Shown here piece by piece: positions 27,502 to 37,801 of a stretch of 64,000 nucleotides of DNA. Under the pieces are notes generated by a model. The model made no database searches and was not told the origin of the DNA. It saw only the letters and a program-made list of their open reading frames with translations. Every line of letters starts with the position of its first letter. Within the stretch, counting starts at the first letter, position 1. The stretch covers positions 11,616 to 75,615 of the forward strand of contig QCGV01000001.1 in the NCBI GenBank assembly GCA_003278145.1, given 5' to 3'. The translations under genes and the position numbers were made by a program. The stretch is from OCS116 cluster bacterium AG-390-A19. Lineage in GTDB: Bacteria > Pseudomonadota > Alphaproteobacteria > MED-G09.

Positions 27502-30030
27502 ATGAATAACGTATCCAAAAAACTTTTAACTATTTTACTGATACCAATTCTTATGACTTTTGGATTTAAGGTTCATGGTCAAGAAGTTGAAGAAATTATT
27601 GTTACAGGGAAAGCTATCAAGGAAAGCCAGATGGCAGCTATTGAGGCTAAGCGTCAAGCTGTAAATGTTGCTGATATTATTTCTGCTGATGCAATAGGTA
27701 GATTTCCTGATGTAAATTTATCAGACTCTCTTGGGAGGCTTCCTGGTATTTCAATAGAAAGAGATCAGGGTCAAGCGAGATATGTAAGTTTTAGAGGAAC
27801 ACCAAAACGCTATACTACTACTGCATTTAACGGAATAAGTATTCCAGGTGTTGAAAACGGAAGAATTCCAAGATTTGACTCCTATCCAGCTGTTATTACT
27901 TCTCAAGTTGTAGCTAATAAAGCTATTACCGCTGATATGCCAGGTGAGTCAATTTCTGGTTTTATTAATATAAAAACTTTTAAACCTTCTGATATTGATG
28001 GATTTTCTTTATCAGCAGAAATAGGAATGGGTGAACAAGACCAAGGCGGAGGTGATACTTCAAAAGAGAATATGAGAATTTCTTATTCTGATGATAGCTT
28101 TGGGTTTGTAGTTTATGGTTCAGCTCATAATAATGAACAAGTAACAGATAATCGTGAGCCTACTTATGGGGGTGTAAAAGGCGCTCAAACTCCAGATAGA
28201 ATTGATTTCAGAAGTTATAAAGTTGAAAGAGAGAGTGAAGCTTTCGGCGGAACATTTGAAAAATATCTCGCAAATGGAGGAAGAGTATTTTTAACCTCAT
28301 TAAATACTGAATTTACAGATGGCGAAGAAAGAAATGATTTTAGAGTTTATGTTAGTGATGGAACACCAACTACTGGATCAGGTTTTACTGGAAGCGCAAG
28401 AAGGCTTTTTAATGACGCCACATATATAAATAAAACAGAAATGAATACATTAGGAATAGAGACTCCCTTGGGCGAATGGGATATTGCAGCTCAAGTAAGT
28501 AAAATTGATACAACTTTTGATACCTATATGCCTATAGGCTATTTTATTGGAGGCGGGCAGTTAAAAAACCTTTCATATGATATTTCTGATCCACAAAATC
28601 CAATTGTTAATTTTGATGGAACATATCGAGATGTTGACTATCCTGTTAAGCTTCTTGTTGATGCAATTGGAGGTCTTTATACCGAAACTGAGCAATTTAA
28701 AATAGATATAAGTAAAGATAATAATAGGGGTGAACTAAAATTTGGCCTTCAGTATGATGATAGAGTAGCGACTGGTGGTGGGGCTACTTTAGCTACAGTT
28801 TCAGTTCCTGGAGGTTATCCTGCCGATGTATGTGATCCTAAGCAATATAGACTTGGTGATTTTGCTTCTCCACGGGATAATAGTGTAGGTGCTTTCTACA
28901 CTGATAATCCAGCATTGAATGATTGTCTTAATACAGTTCGTCCACCTCGTTCAGACTTCCCTGATGATGAAAAAATAAATATAGAAGAAGTTTTATTTGC
29001 TGCTTATATAATGCAATCCTTTGAGATGGATTGGGGAACAATCGTCGCTGGTCTTAGAATTGAAGATACAGAATACGAAACAAATGGCTTTAGATTAGCA
29101 ACTGTTAGTGCAGATGACATTGGATATGGTAATGTTGCAACTGGTGCCAAAGAAGCATTATCAGTCAAAAGAAGTTATACTAATTATCTACCTAGTCTTC
29201 ATGTAAATTATGATATGGCTGAAGATGTTAAGCTTCGTTTGTCTTATTCTTCTGGTATAAGTAGGCCTTCATATATTGAGTCTAGAGCCGCAGCATCAAT
29301 AAATGACATATCTCAAGAAATAACCGGCGGTAACCCTTTCTTAAAAGAGGAAGAGTCTTGGGGTATAGATGCTGCTTTTGAGTGGTATTACGATGAGGCT
29401 AGTCTTTTTTCTGTAACAGTTTTCTACCGAGAAATTGATAATGTCATTTCTGAGTCTAATGAAAAAATAGACGGAACACTTTACTCTGACCAAGCTGTAC
29501 CAGGTGAGTTATGGGATTTATCTGCATTTGGTAATGGTAAAGATGGTGAACTAAAAGGCCTTGAGATTTCTTTAAATGGTAGACTTGATAATTATATTGA
29601 TGGGTTCTTCTCAGGTTTTGGGGCTTCAATAAATCTTGCATTAATTGAATCTGAGTACACTACCCCCGAAGGCAATGTTTTTGCTCTTCCAGGTCAGTCA
29701 GATACAAATTATAATGCCTCTATATTTTATGAAGATCATGGCTTTTCTGCTCGATTAACATATCGTTATAGAAGTGAATGGCTTGATGAAACTGAAACTG
29801 GAGCAGTATTTAATCTAGGTGGAGGTGTTTATTGGGCAGCTCAGAATCGCCTTGATGCATCAGTTAGATATGATCTTGAAGCACTCACTGGTCAAAAAGC
29901 ATCAATTTTTGCTGATTTCAATAATATAACTGATGAGTCAGATATGCGTTATACAGCTGCACGATGGAATGTAAACCAAGTCGAATCTTTTGGTAGAAGC
30001 TTCCTTGCGGGGGTTCGTTACGCTTTTTAA
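27502..30030 (+). CDS. TonB-dependent receptor
   Basis: The start moves to ATG 27502, after AAGGGGG. It has a signal peptide, a plug region (EEIIVTGKA...DSLGRLPGISI...RGT) and a C-terminal barrel ending in VRYAF. Confidence 0.9.
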   Translation: MNNVSKKLLTILLIPILMTFGFKVHGQEVEEIIVTGKAIKESQMAAIEAKRQAVNVADIISADAIGRFPDVNLSDSLGRLPGISIERDQGQARYVSFRGTPKRYTTTAFNGISIPGVENGRIPRFDSYPAVITSQVVANKAITADMPGESISGFINIKTFKPSDIDGFSLSAEIGMGEQDQGGGDTSKENMRISYSDDSFGFVVYGSAHNNEQVTDNREPTYGGVKGAQTPDRIDFRSYKVERESEAFGGTFEKYLANGGRVFLTSLNTEFTDGEERNDFRVYVSDGTPTTGSGFTGSARRLFNDATYINKTEMNTLGIETPLGEWDIAAQVSKIDTTFDTYMPIGYFIGGGQLKNLSYDISDPQNPIVNFDGTYRDVDYPVKLLVDAIGGLYTETEQFKIDISKDNNRGELKFGLQYDDRVATGGGATLATVSVPGGYPADVCDPKQYRLGDFASPRDNSVGAFYTDNPALNDCLNTVRPPRSDFPDDEKINIEEVLFAAYIMQSFEMDWGTIVAGLRIEDTEYETNGFRLATVSADDIGYGNVATGAKEALSVKRSYTNYLPSLHVNYDMAEDVKLRLSYSSGISRPSYIESRAAASINDISQEITGGNPFLKEEESWGIDAAFEWYYDEASLFSVTVFYREIDNVISESNEKIDGTLYSDQAVPGELWDLSAFGNGKDGELKGLEISLNGRLDNYIDGFFSGFGASINLALIESEYTTPEGNVFALPGQSDTNYNASIFYEDHGFSARLTYRYRSEWLDETETGAVFNLGGGVYWAAQNRLDASVRYDLEALTGQKASIFADFNNITDESDMRYTAARWNVNQVESFGRSFLAGVRYAF

Positions 30031-30049
30031 TAATTATTTTTACTGAATA

Positions 30050-30080
30050 AAAACCTCACATTTTTGTGTGAGGTTTTTTA
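30050..30080 (+). terminator. rho-independent terminator after the TonB-dependent receptor
   Basis: AAAACCTCACA-TTTTTG-TGTGAGGTTTT followed by a T-run. Confidence 0.8.
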
Positions 30081-30114
30081 TTGCATTAGAGGACTAAATA
30101 GTTAGTATTTTGTT

Positions 30115-31017
30115 ATGAGATTTATTAAGTATATATTTATTGTTTTTGTTTTAGCAGTAATCTCTGTTTTTTGGTTTAACGATAAAGAGTCTCTCTCTTT
30201 TGAAAGGCCTATTCCATTAAAATTTTCTGAAAATTTAAGAGAAGATTATAGAAAGCTTCCGTTCACAGGTGCCCATAATTTTAGAGATTTGGGAGGTTAT
30301 AAAACAGAGGATGGAAGAACTGTTAAATGGGGAAAAATTTATCGATCTGATAACCTTCATTCCTTAACTGATGAAGATCTAAAATATATGAAAAGATTAA
30401 ATATTAAATCTGTAGTAGATTTTCGTTCTGTTGAAGAAAGAGAAAGTGAGCCTGATAGACTTAACCCAGATATGACGCAAGTACTTCTTCCTATAAAGTT
30501 TCAACCAAAAGAACTAGATGATGATTCTATAAAAAATCTCATGAAAGATCTAACTTTTGGAGACTTAGACTCAAGTAATTTATTAAGGGACTTTAATATT
30601 GTAATCGTTGAAGAATTCGCAGATGAATATAAAAATTTCTTTAGACATGTTATAGAAAATAATGCCGAACCCCTTGTTTTTCATTGCACTGCTGGAAAAG
30701 ATAGGGCTGGTTTTGCAAGTGCTATGATACTAACTATACTTGGCGTTCCTAGAGAAAAAGTTATCGAAGATTATTTGTTAACAAACACATATGTCCAAGA
30801 TCATGTAGATGATAAAATGTTGGAAATTGAATTAAAAACTTTTTTTCGAGCTGATACCGATAATCTCCGTAAAATTAACTTAGTTGAGGAAAGATATATA
30901 CAAGCTGCCTTTGACACGATTGATAGTAAATGGGGTGGAATGGATCGTTATATTTCTGAAGCTCTAAATTTAAACGAAGAAGATATCTTAAAACTTCAAG
31001 ATTTCTATCTTGAATAA
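30115..31017 (+). CDS. tyrosine-protein phosphatase family protein (membrane-anchored or secreted)
   Basis: 300 aa with an N-terminal hydrophobic segment and CX5R active site HCTAGKDRAG. Confidence 0.8.
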   Translation: MRFIKYIFIVFVLAVISVFWFNDKESLSFERPIPLKFSENLREDYRKLPFTGAHNFRDLGGYKTEDGRTVKWGKIYRSDNLHSLTDEDLKYMKRLNIKSVVDFRSVEERESEPDRLNPDMTQVLLPIKFQPKELDDDSIKNLMKDLTFGDLDSSNLLRDFNIVIVEEFADEYKNFFRHVIENNAEPLVFHCTAGKDRAGFASAMILTILGVPREKVIEDYLLTNTYVQDHVDDKMLEIELKTFFRADTDNLRKINLVEERYIQAAFDTIDSKWGGMDRYISEALNLNEEDILKLQDFYLE

Positions 31018-31098
31018 ATATTAGCTTTTTATCTTTAAATTATTTCTTAAATAACTATTTTATTAGTTTATTAAATTATTGTTAAAGACAGGAATAGT

Positions 31099-31704
31099 AT
31101 GCCAAGAGAAATTCCAAAAGACCATCCTTCTTTGGATTTAAAAAAAAGCTTAGAATTTGTATTTTCTAACCTCGAAAAAGGTGTAACCGAGCGCGGTCAT
31201 CATTTTCATCTTTTGGTTCTTGGAACAATTGATAAAGATAATAAACCTCAGAATAGAAATGTTGTTTTAAGAAAAGTTGATATGGCTAATTCATTAATTC
31301 GATTTCATACTGATATAAGATCTAATAAAATCATAGACATCAAGAATAATAACTCCATTTCATTATTGGGTTATGACAAGGCTAATAAACTTCAGATAAG
31401 ATTGACGGCAAATGCAATTATTGAAGAATCTAAAGAGGTACTATCCGATGTTTGGACTAAAATGTTTCCTATGAGTAGAGAGTGTTATCGAGTTAAAGAT
31501 GCGCCTGGCAAAGTTGTTGCTTCCAGAGATGAGGTACTTTTTGAAGATGAAGGGGACGATAAACTTAATGGGTTTGAAAATTTTGTAATTATTAATTGTC
31601 ATATTAGTTCTATTGAGACACTTTTTTTGCATTCATCAGGTCATGTAAGAGCAAAATATATATATGAAAATGGAGCATTTAATGGGGAATGGTTGGTTCC
31701 TTAA
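31099..31704 (+). CDS. pyridoxamine 5'-phosphate oxidase-like (FMN-binding split barrel) family protein
   Basis: 201 aa. The general PNPOx-like pattern is a weaker recognition. Confidence 0.55.
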   Translation: MPREIPKDHPSLDLKKSLEFVFSNLEKGVTERGHHFHLLVLGTIDKDNKPQNRNVVLRKVDMANSLIRFHTDIRSNKIIDIKNNNSISLLGYDKANKLQIRLTANAIIEESKEVLSDVWTKMFPMSRECYRVKDAPGKVVASRDEVLFEDEGDDKLNGFENFVIINCHISSIETLFLHSSGHVRAKYIYENGAFNGEWLVP

Positions 31705-33177
31705 ATGACCATAAATTATAGTTCAGATAATGATATAATAATTCCCACTCAACACGATACCACCTATAGGGGACTTGGAGGAGATGATATCTATATCATT
31801 ACTAGAGCAATTAGTGATGGAGCGAAGATAAATATTGTAGATACAGAAGGAACAAATATCATCCAATTAACTGAGGGATTATCAATATCATCAAGCAAAT
31901 TTGCTTCCACAGCATTCCAAATAACATTATCAAATAACGCAGAGATAACAATTAGCTCTTCACATAAGAATCTCTATGAGATCGGAGGAAATGCTACAAC
32001 TGGATTGAAAGTTGATCAAAATAGCTATGAAGACTTTATAAGCTTTTTTGGAATTAATTCCCTACCATCTCTCAAATCTATAAAGGGGTTAACCAATCTT
32101 ATTATTGAAGGCGAAAAGTTAATCACAAACAATAAGATTTTTTCATGGGAAATAAAGAATCCTGAAAGTGTAGGTTTAGATACTAATGAAGTTAATGATT
32201 TAATGGATTTTGTAAAAAGTGAAGGAAGTAATACTCAAGCTGCTATCTTGATAAGAGGATCTAGTATTATAGCTGAATATTATGCTGATAACTTTGATAA
32301 GGACAGTGTAGTAACAAGCTGGTCAGTTGCTAAAAGTTTTACATCAACTTTAATTGGTATAGCAATTGATGAAGGTTATATTAATTCTATTGAGGATCCT
32401 ATTACGGACTACTTACCAGAGTGGAAAAATCAGGATCAAGATAAGATTTTATTAAAACATTTACTATCTATGAGATCTGGAATGGAAGATCATGGTTTTG
32501 TTTATGTTGTACCTGACATGGTAAGTCATTCATTGGATAGGGATATCATAAGACCTCCTGGAGTAGCATTCCGATATTCAAATGAGGACTCCATGCTTCT
32601 TGGCGAGATAATACAAAATGCTACTGGTATGTCTTTTCAGGAATATGCTGATAAAAAACTTTTTAATTTAATAGGTGCTGACGAGACTTGGTGGACTGAT
32701 CAAGAGGGTAATACAATTTCATATGCAAGCATTGATATGACCCCTAGAGAGTTTGCAAAGTTTGGACTTATGATTGCTCAAGAAGGAAGTTGGCAAGGTC
32801 AACAAATTGTTTCTTCTGATTGGGTTGAGCTAGCAACCTCTAAATACGATGATTTAATGTCTTATGGTTTTCAATGGTGGACAAGTGAAACTGAAGAAAT
32901 TGATTATCCATTTTTTTCGGCTAGAGGTTTAGATGGTCAGTTAATTTATATATGGCCAGAAACGGACTTAGTTTTTGTGAGATTTACTACTTATACGAAA
33001 ATAGGTGATCAAGATTCTTCTGTTGTTAGAATCAATTCAATAGGTGATCTTGAGGCTTCATATCAGCAAACTGAAACGGGTAATTTAAATACTACTAAAC
33101 TAGAGGAATTAATTTATGATGTTGGCGATAATTTAATAATGGCATCAGATTTAATTACTGTTAATGATTTTGGGTAA
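31705..33177 (+). CDS. serine hydrolase (beta-lactamase/transpeptidase-like) with RTX-like N-terminal module
   Basis: 490 aa with S207-V-A-K210 (SxxK) in WSVAKSFTSTLIGIAIDEG. Its first 125 residues or so are paralogous to the N-terminus of the 16078 protein. The ATG abuts the upstream stop. Confidence 0.8.
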   Translation: MTINYSSDNDIIIPTQHDTTYRGLGGDDIYIITRAISDGAKINIVDTEGTNIIQLTEGLSISSSKFASTAFQITLSNNAEITISSSHKNLYEIGGNATTGLKVDQNSYEDFISFFGINSLPSLKSIKGLTNLIIEGEKLITNNKIFSWEIKNPESVGLDTNEVNDLMDFVKSEGSNTQAAILIRGSSIIAEYYADNFDKDSVVTSWSVAKSFTSTLIGIAIDEGYINSIEDPITDYLPEWKNQDQDKILLKHLLSMRSGMEDHGFVYVVPDMVSHSLDRDIIRPPGVAFRYSNEDSMLLGEIIQNATGMSFQEYADKKLFNLIGADETWWTDQEGNTISYASIDMTPREFAKFGLMIAQEGSWQGQQIVSSDWVELATSKYDDLMSYGFQWWTSETEEIDYPFFSARGLDGQLIYIWPETDLVFVRFTTYTKIGDQDSSVVRINSIGDLEASYQQTETGNLNTTKLEELIYDVGDNLIMASDLITVNDFG

Positions 33178-33181
33178 AGAA

Positions 33182-33601
33182 ATGGATATAGAAAGAAGAA
33201 CGGAATATATGCGCGAAGAACCTCTTTTTCAAGGAATGGGGTTTAGTAAAATTTTAGAATTTAGCAGAGAAAATCAATCAATAAAAATTGAGTATATTGC
33301 TGAGACTCGTCATTGTCATTCTGGTAATATTGTCCAGGGCGGTTATGTGACTGGTTGGATTGATTCCGCTATGGCACATAGTGTTATGATTCCTACAGAT
33401 TTTAAATTTAGTCCTTTAACATTGGAGTTAAAAATAACTTTCTTAAAATCAGCTAATCCTGGAATTGTAATAGCTGCAGCAAAAGTTATTAAGCTGGGTA
33501 AGTCAGTGGCTTTTGTTGAAGGTACTCTTTCAAATTCAAATGGTGATTTAATTGCAAAGGGAACATCAACAAATAAACTTGTTCCAATGCCTAAACAGTA
33601 G
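33182..33601 (+). CDS. PaaI-family hotdog thioesterase
   Basis: 139 aa from ATG 33182. The track start 33164 would overlap the upstream gene and lacks an RBS. Motif HCHSGNIVQGGYVTGWIDSAMAH. Confidence 0.8.
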   Translation: MDIERRTEYMREEPLFQGMGFSKILEFSRENQSIKIEYIAETRHCHSGNIVQGGYVTGWIDSAMAHSVMIPTDFKFSPLTLELKITFLKSANPGIVIAAAKVIKLGKSVAFVEGTLSNSNGDLIAKGTSTNKLVPMPKQ

Positions 33602-34357
33602 CTATATTTCTAAGGTATCTGAAGAATTTTTATTCAAATCTTTCTCATTCATCCATGCTCTTATAGATAATGGAATTGATATAATATAACTAAGACCAAC
33701 TAAACTAAGAGTAATCCAAGGTGAATTAATCATACAAATTATGAATAAAAATGCACAAACTATTATTTTTAGATCTTTAAATTTTTTTAATTGAAACCTA
33801 ATTTGTTTTCCTGAAAAAGTTGGAACTTTACTAACCAAGAGCGATCCAATTGTAACAAAGTATATGCTGGCAATGATAGGAGTTTCATAAGCCCAGTTAA
33901 AACCTAAAAACGAATGAATGAGGGGTAATAATATTAAACCAGCTCCTGCGGGAGTGGGAATTCCAGTAAAAAAATTAGATGATTTATTATTCTTACTATC
34001 AATATCGGCATTAAATCGTGCAAGTCTTAAGCAAGAGAAAACGATAAATGATAAAACGGCTACTCTCTCAATTAACCCAGCATTTTGTATAAGTGATATA
34101 TAGATAAGTATACTAGGTGCAATTCCAAAGTTTAAAAAATCAGCCAATGAGTCTAATTCAGCACCAAGTTTAGACTCGCTTTTTAACAGTCTTGAAAGTC
34201 GACCATCTAGGACATCACATATAGAGGCCATCATTATACAAATAACTGACAATTTAAATTGACCAGATAAAGCAAAACATATGGCTATTATACCAAAACA
34301 TAATCCTATTAATGTCGTTACATTAGGAATAATTGATCTAATTGATAGTTTGTTCAT
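33602..34357 (-). CDS. pssA: CDP-diacylglycerol--serine O-phosphatidyltransferase
   Basis: 251 aa with the CDP-alcohol phosphotransferase motif DVLDGRLSRLLKSESKLGAELDSLAD. Confidence 0.88.
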   Translation of the reverse strand: MNKLSIRSIIPNVTTLIGLCFGIIAICFALSGQFKLSVICIMMASICDVLDGRLSRLLKSESKLGAELDSLADFLNFGIAPSILIYISLIQNAGLIERVAVLSFIVFSCLRLARFNADIDSKNNKSSNFFTGIPTPAGAGLILLPLIHSFLGFNWAYETPIIASIYFVTIGSLLVSKVPTFSGKQIRFQLKKFKDLKIIVCAFLFIICMINSPWITLSLVGLSYIISIPLSIRAWMNEKDLNKNSSDTLEI

Positions 34358-34384
34358 TTAAACACTCATTATTATTTCATAAGA

Positions 34385-35041
34385 TTAAGAGGATCCAATA
34401 ATTGTTTCACCTGCAATAGTTTTATCGCCTACTTTAACTTCGGATTTAAAAGTTTTTGGTAAGTAAACATCTACTCTCGAACCAAATCTAATTAATCCAA
34501 ATCGCTCACCCGAGTTTAACCGATCTCCATCATTTACAAAACTTAAAATACGTCTAGCTATTAAACCAGCTATTTGTACAACAATTATCTCTATACCATT
34601 TTCAGTTGTAATAATTACACTATTTCTTTCATTTTTTTCGCTCGCTTTATCAAGGCTTGCATTAAAAAAACTTCCTTCTTTATATTCGATTTTTTTTATT
34701 TTTCCTTTAACAGGACTTCTGTTTACATGAACATTAAAGACATTCATAAAAATACAAACTCTTAGCATTTCCTCATCACCATAGTTTAATTCTTTTGGGG
34801 GAGTTGATGAGTCTATTAAACAAACCTTACCATCAGCCGGTGAAATAATTTTCCCTTCTTCATCTGGTGTACTTCTATCTGGATCTCTAAAAAACCAAAG
34901 AATAAAAAATGTTATTAAGAAACCAAAAAAAGATAATAACGGAACAGTAGTTGCTAAAAATATTGAAATGAGTAGTGATATTGCTGAAAATTTCCAGCCT
35001 TCTCTGTGAATAATACTTAAAATTTTTATAAAATTGTTCAT
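34385..35041 (-). CDS. psd: phosphatidylserine decarboxylase proenzyme (short type)
   Basis: 218 aa with the self-cleavage region LIRFGSRVDVYLP. It forms a psd-pssA pair. Confidence 0.88.
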   Translation of the reverse strand: MNNFIKILSIIHREGWKFSAISLLISIFLATTVPLLSFFGFLITFFILWFFRDPDRSTPDEEGKIISPADGKVCLIDSSTPPKELNYGDEEMLRVCIFMNVFNVHVNRSPVKGKIKKIEYKEGSFFNASLDKASEKNERNSVIITTENGIEIIVVQIAGLIARRILSFVNDGDRLNSGERFGLIRFGSRVDVYLPKTFKSEVKVGDKTIAGETIIGSS

Positions 35042-35160
35042 AGTTTGCAGTTTATAAATAATTATTAATTATAAAATATGTCATATGTACCTTAATATTA
35101 TAAAAATGGAAGTATTATTGATATTTGCCTAAAAGTATAGTTTAAGAGTTTAGGAGAAAA

Positions 35161-35667
35161 ATGTTGTTAGAATTTTTAAAATCATCTGCTTTATTCATAC
35201 TTTGTTTGATTTTGAGTCGCTTTATAGGTTTACCTTCAAACTTTACCCCCATAATTGCTGTTGCTTCATTTCTTCCCTTTTTGACTAAGAGTAAATATAT
35301 TCAGCTATTCCTACCAGTTGGCGTTTTGATAATCACTGATCCTTTTTTAGGTTTTTATTCTTCTATGCCAGTTGTATATTTTTGCATTTTTATATCAAGT
35401 ATTTTAGCGGTTTTATCAAAAAGCTTTACTTTTAAAAATTTGATTATGAGAGGTGTTATCTCGGTATTTATTTGGCATATATTAGTTAACTTTTCCGTCT
35501 GGTTATCTGGTGGCTTAGGTTTTTCTCTCCTAAATACTTATATCATGGCTATTCCTTTTGATTTTCAGCTTTTACTAAGTACTATATTCTTTTCATCATT
35601 ATTTTATTTTTCTAGAGAACTTTTTATTAATTTTTATAATCGCTCAAATTTAAATTCAAAGGGTTGA
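35161..35667 (+). CDS. hypothetical polytopic membrane protein (DUF6580-like by memory)
   Basis: 168 aa with 5-6 TM segments and the motif GLPSNFTPIIAVASF. Confidence 0.5.
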   Translation: MLLEFLKSSALFILCLILSRFIGLPSNFTPIIAVASFLPFLTKSKYIQLFLPVGVLIITDPFLGFYSSMPVVYFCIFISSILAVLSKSFTFKNLIMRGVISVFIWHILVNFSVWLSGGLGFSLLNTYIMAIPFDFQLLLSTIFFSSLFYFSRELFINFYNRSNLNSKG

Positions 35668-35688
35668 TTTGAGCTGTAATTTAAAAAA

Positions 35689-37800
35689 ATGAAAAAACTA
35701 ATTATTTTTTTCTATATTATTGTTATCAGTTTTTCTAATATATGGGCCATGGATAATCCTTTTTTAAATAAATACGATACTGAATTTGAAATACCTCCTT
35801 TTTCAAAAATCAATAATAACCATTTTATGCCTGCATTCTTAATGGGTATAGATGAACATAATAAAGAAATAGCTAGTATAATAAATAATCTAGATAAGCC
35901 TTCATTTGAGAATGTTATCATTGCACTTGAAAAATCTGGGACCCTTTTGGATAGAACTGGCGCTGTTTTTTTTAATTTATCTGGATCGACCTCTGACGAA
36001 GAAATTCAGAACATTGAAAAGGAAATATCACCAATATTATCAGAGCACTATGACTCAATAAGTTTAAATCCCGAAATTTTTCAAAAGATTAAATATTTGT
36101 GGGACAATGCTGATGATCTAAGTCTATCTTCCGAGGAAAGAAAAATTTTAGAAGAAAAGTATAAGAATTTTATTAGAAATGGTGCTTTACTTGAGGGTCC
36201 TGAGAAAGAGAGATATTCATCAATTAATCAAGAAATATCTAAACTTTCAGTTAAATTTTCACAAAATTTATTGGCTGAGACTAATAATTTTGAGATTATT
36301 TTAACTAAAGATGATTTAGATGGTCTTCCTGATGATATTGTTATTCTAGCAAAGGAAGAGGCTGACAAAAAATATAAAGAAACAAAAGATAAAGATTATA
36401 AGAACAAATATATTTTTACACCTCACAGAAGTAGCATGTATCCTTTTCTTACTTATTCAAAGAGAAGGGATTTAAGAGAGAAGTTATACAAAGGTTACAT
36501 AAATAGAGGTGATAATAATAACGAGTTTGATAATAAGGAAATTACAGCAAAAATTTCTTCCCTAAGAGTCGAAAGAGCAAATTTACTTAATTTTGAGACT
36601 CATGCCCATTATGTATTAGATAATACCATGGCTAAAACACCTGAAGCTGTATATGAACTTCTCGATCAATTATGGCAACCAGCTCTATTAAGAGCCAATA
36701 AAGAGTTAGAAGATCTTCAATCTCTGGTTAATAAAGAGGGTGGGAACTTTAAAATTGCCTCCTGGGATTGGTGGTACTATTCAGAAAAGTTGAGAGAAGA
36801 AAAATATGATCTCAATGATGAAGAACTGAAAGAATTTTTTACTCTTAATAATACAATTGACGGTATCTTCAAAACCGCCAATAAACTTTTTGGATTATCT
36901 TTTGAAGAAAGGTTTGATATTGAGCTCTATCATGAAGATGCAAGAGTTTGGGAGGTTAAGGATAGAGATGGTTCTCACTTAGGAATTTATATTGGTGATT
37001 ATTATACACGCGCTAGCAAAAGAGGCGGCGCATGGATGAGTAGTTTTAAAGATCAATCTAACTTCGATGGGAGAGAGAGACCAATTGTAGTAAATGTTTG
37101 TAATTTTCCACCTCCATCGAATGACAAGCCCTCGCTTTTAAACCTTGAACATGTAACAACACTTTTTCATGAATTCGGACACGCTTTGCATGGGCTGGTT
37201 ACAAATACAGAATATTCAAGCCTTTCAGGTACATCTGTTTCAAGAGATTTTGTTGAGTTTCCATCTCAGGTTCTTGAGCACTGGGCAGTTGAGCCAGAAT
37301 TATTAAAACTATACGCAAAACATTATAAAACTGGAGAACCTATAGGTGATGAATTAATTTTCAAAATGCAAAATGCTAGTAAGTTTAATCAAGGTTTTGC
37401 AAATGTTGAATATTTAGCAGCATCTTACCTAGATATGGATTGGCATTCACTTAGAACTAATGAAATTCAAAATACGGTTGAGTTCGAAAATAATTCTCTT
37501 AAAAAAATAGGATTAATTGATGAAATAGTTTCTCGATATAGAACTACTTATTTCCAACATATATATTCCTCCTCTTATTCGGCTGGATACTACAGCTATA
37601 TATGGGCAGCTGTTTTAGACTCAGATGCTTTTGCAAGATTTAAAAATACAGGTGAAATATTTAATAAAGATTTAGCTGATAAATACAGAAAGTTTATTCT
37701 TGAAAAGGGTGGAACTGAAGATCCTATGGAACTTTATCGATCATTTGCAGGGAGTAATCCAGAAATTTCTGCTCTGTTAAGTGATAGAGGTTTGGAATAA
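35689..37800 (+). CDS. dcp: M3 family peptidyl-dipeptidase Dcp (exported)
   Basis: 703 aa with a signal peptide and zinc site HEFGHALH, plus a downstream E. The N-terminal NPFL...PPFSKI pattern is typical of Dcp. Confidence 0.9.
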   Translation: MKKLIIFFYIIVISFSNIWAMDNPFLNKYDTEFEIPPFSKINNNHFMPAFLMGIDEHNKEIASIINNLDKPSFENVIIALEKSGTLLDRTGAVFFNLSGSTSDEEIQNIEKEISPILSEHYDSISLNPEIFQKIKYLWDNADDLSLSSEERKILEEKYKNFIRNGALLEGPEKERYSSINQEISKLSVKFSQNLLAETNNFEIILTKDDLDGLPDDIVILAKEEADKKYKETKDKDYKNKYIFTPHRSSMYPFLTYSKRRDLREKLYKGYINRGDNNNEFDNKEITAKISSLRVERANLLNFETHAHYVLDNTMAKTPEAVYELLDQLWQPALLRANKELEDLQSLVNKEGGNFKIASWDWWYYSEKLREEKYDLNDEELKEFFTLNNTIDGIFKTANKLFGLSFEERFDIELYHEDARVWEVKDRDGSHLGIYIGDYYTRASKRGGAWMSSFKDQSNFDGRERPIVVNVCNFPPPSNDKPSLLNLEHVTTLFHEFGHALHGLVTNTEYSSLSGTSVSRDFVEFPSQVLEHWAVEPELLKLYAKHYKTGEPIGDELIFKMQNASKFNQGFANVEYLAASYLDMDWHSLRTNEIQNTVEFENNSLKKIGLIDEIVSRYRTTYFQHIYSSSYSAGYYSYIWAAVLDSDAFARFKNTGEIFNKDLADKYRKFILEKGGTEDPMELYRSFAGSNPEISALLSDRGLE

Positions 37801-37801
37801 A

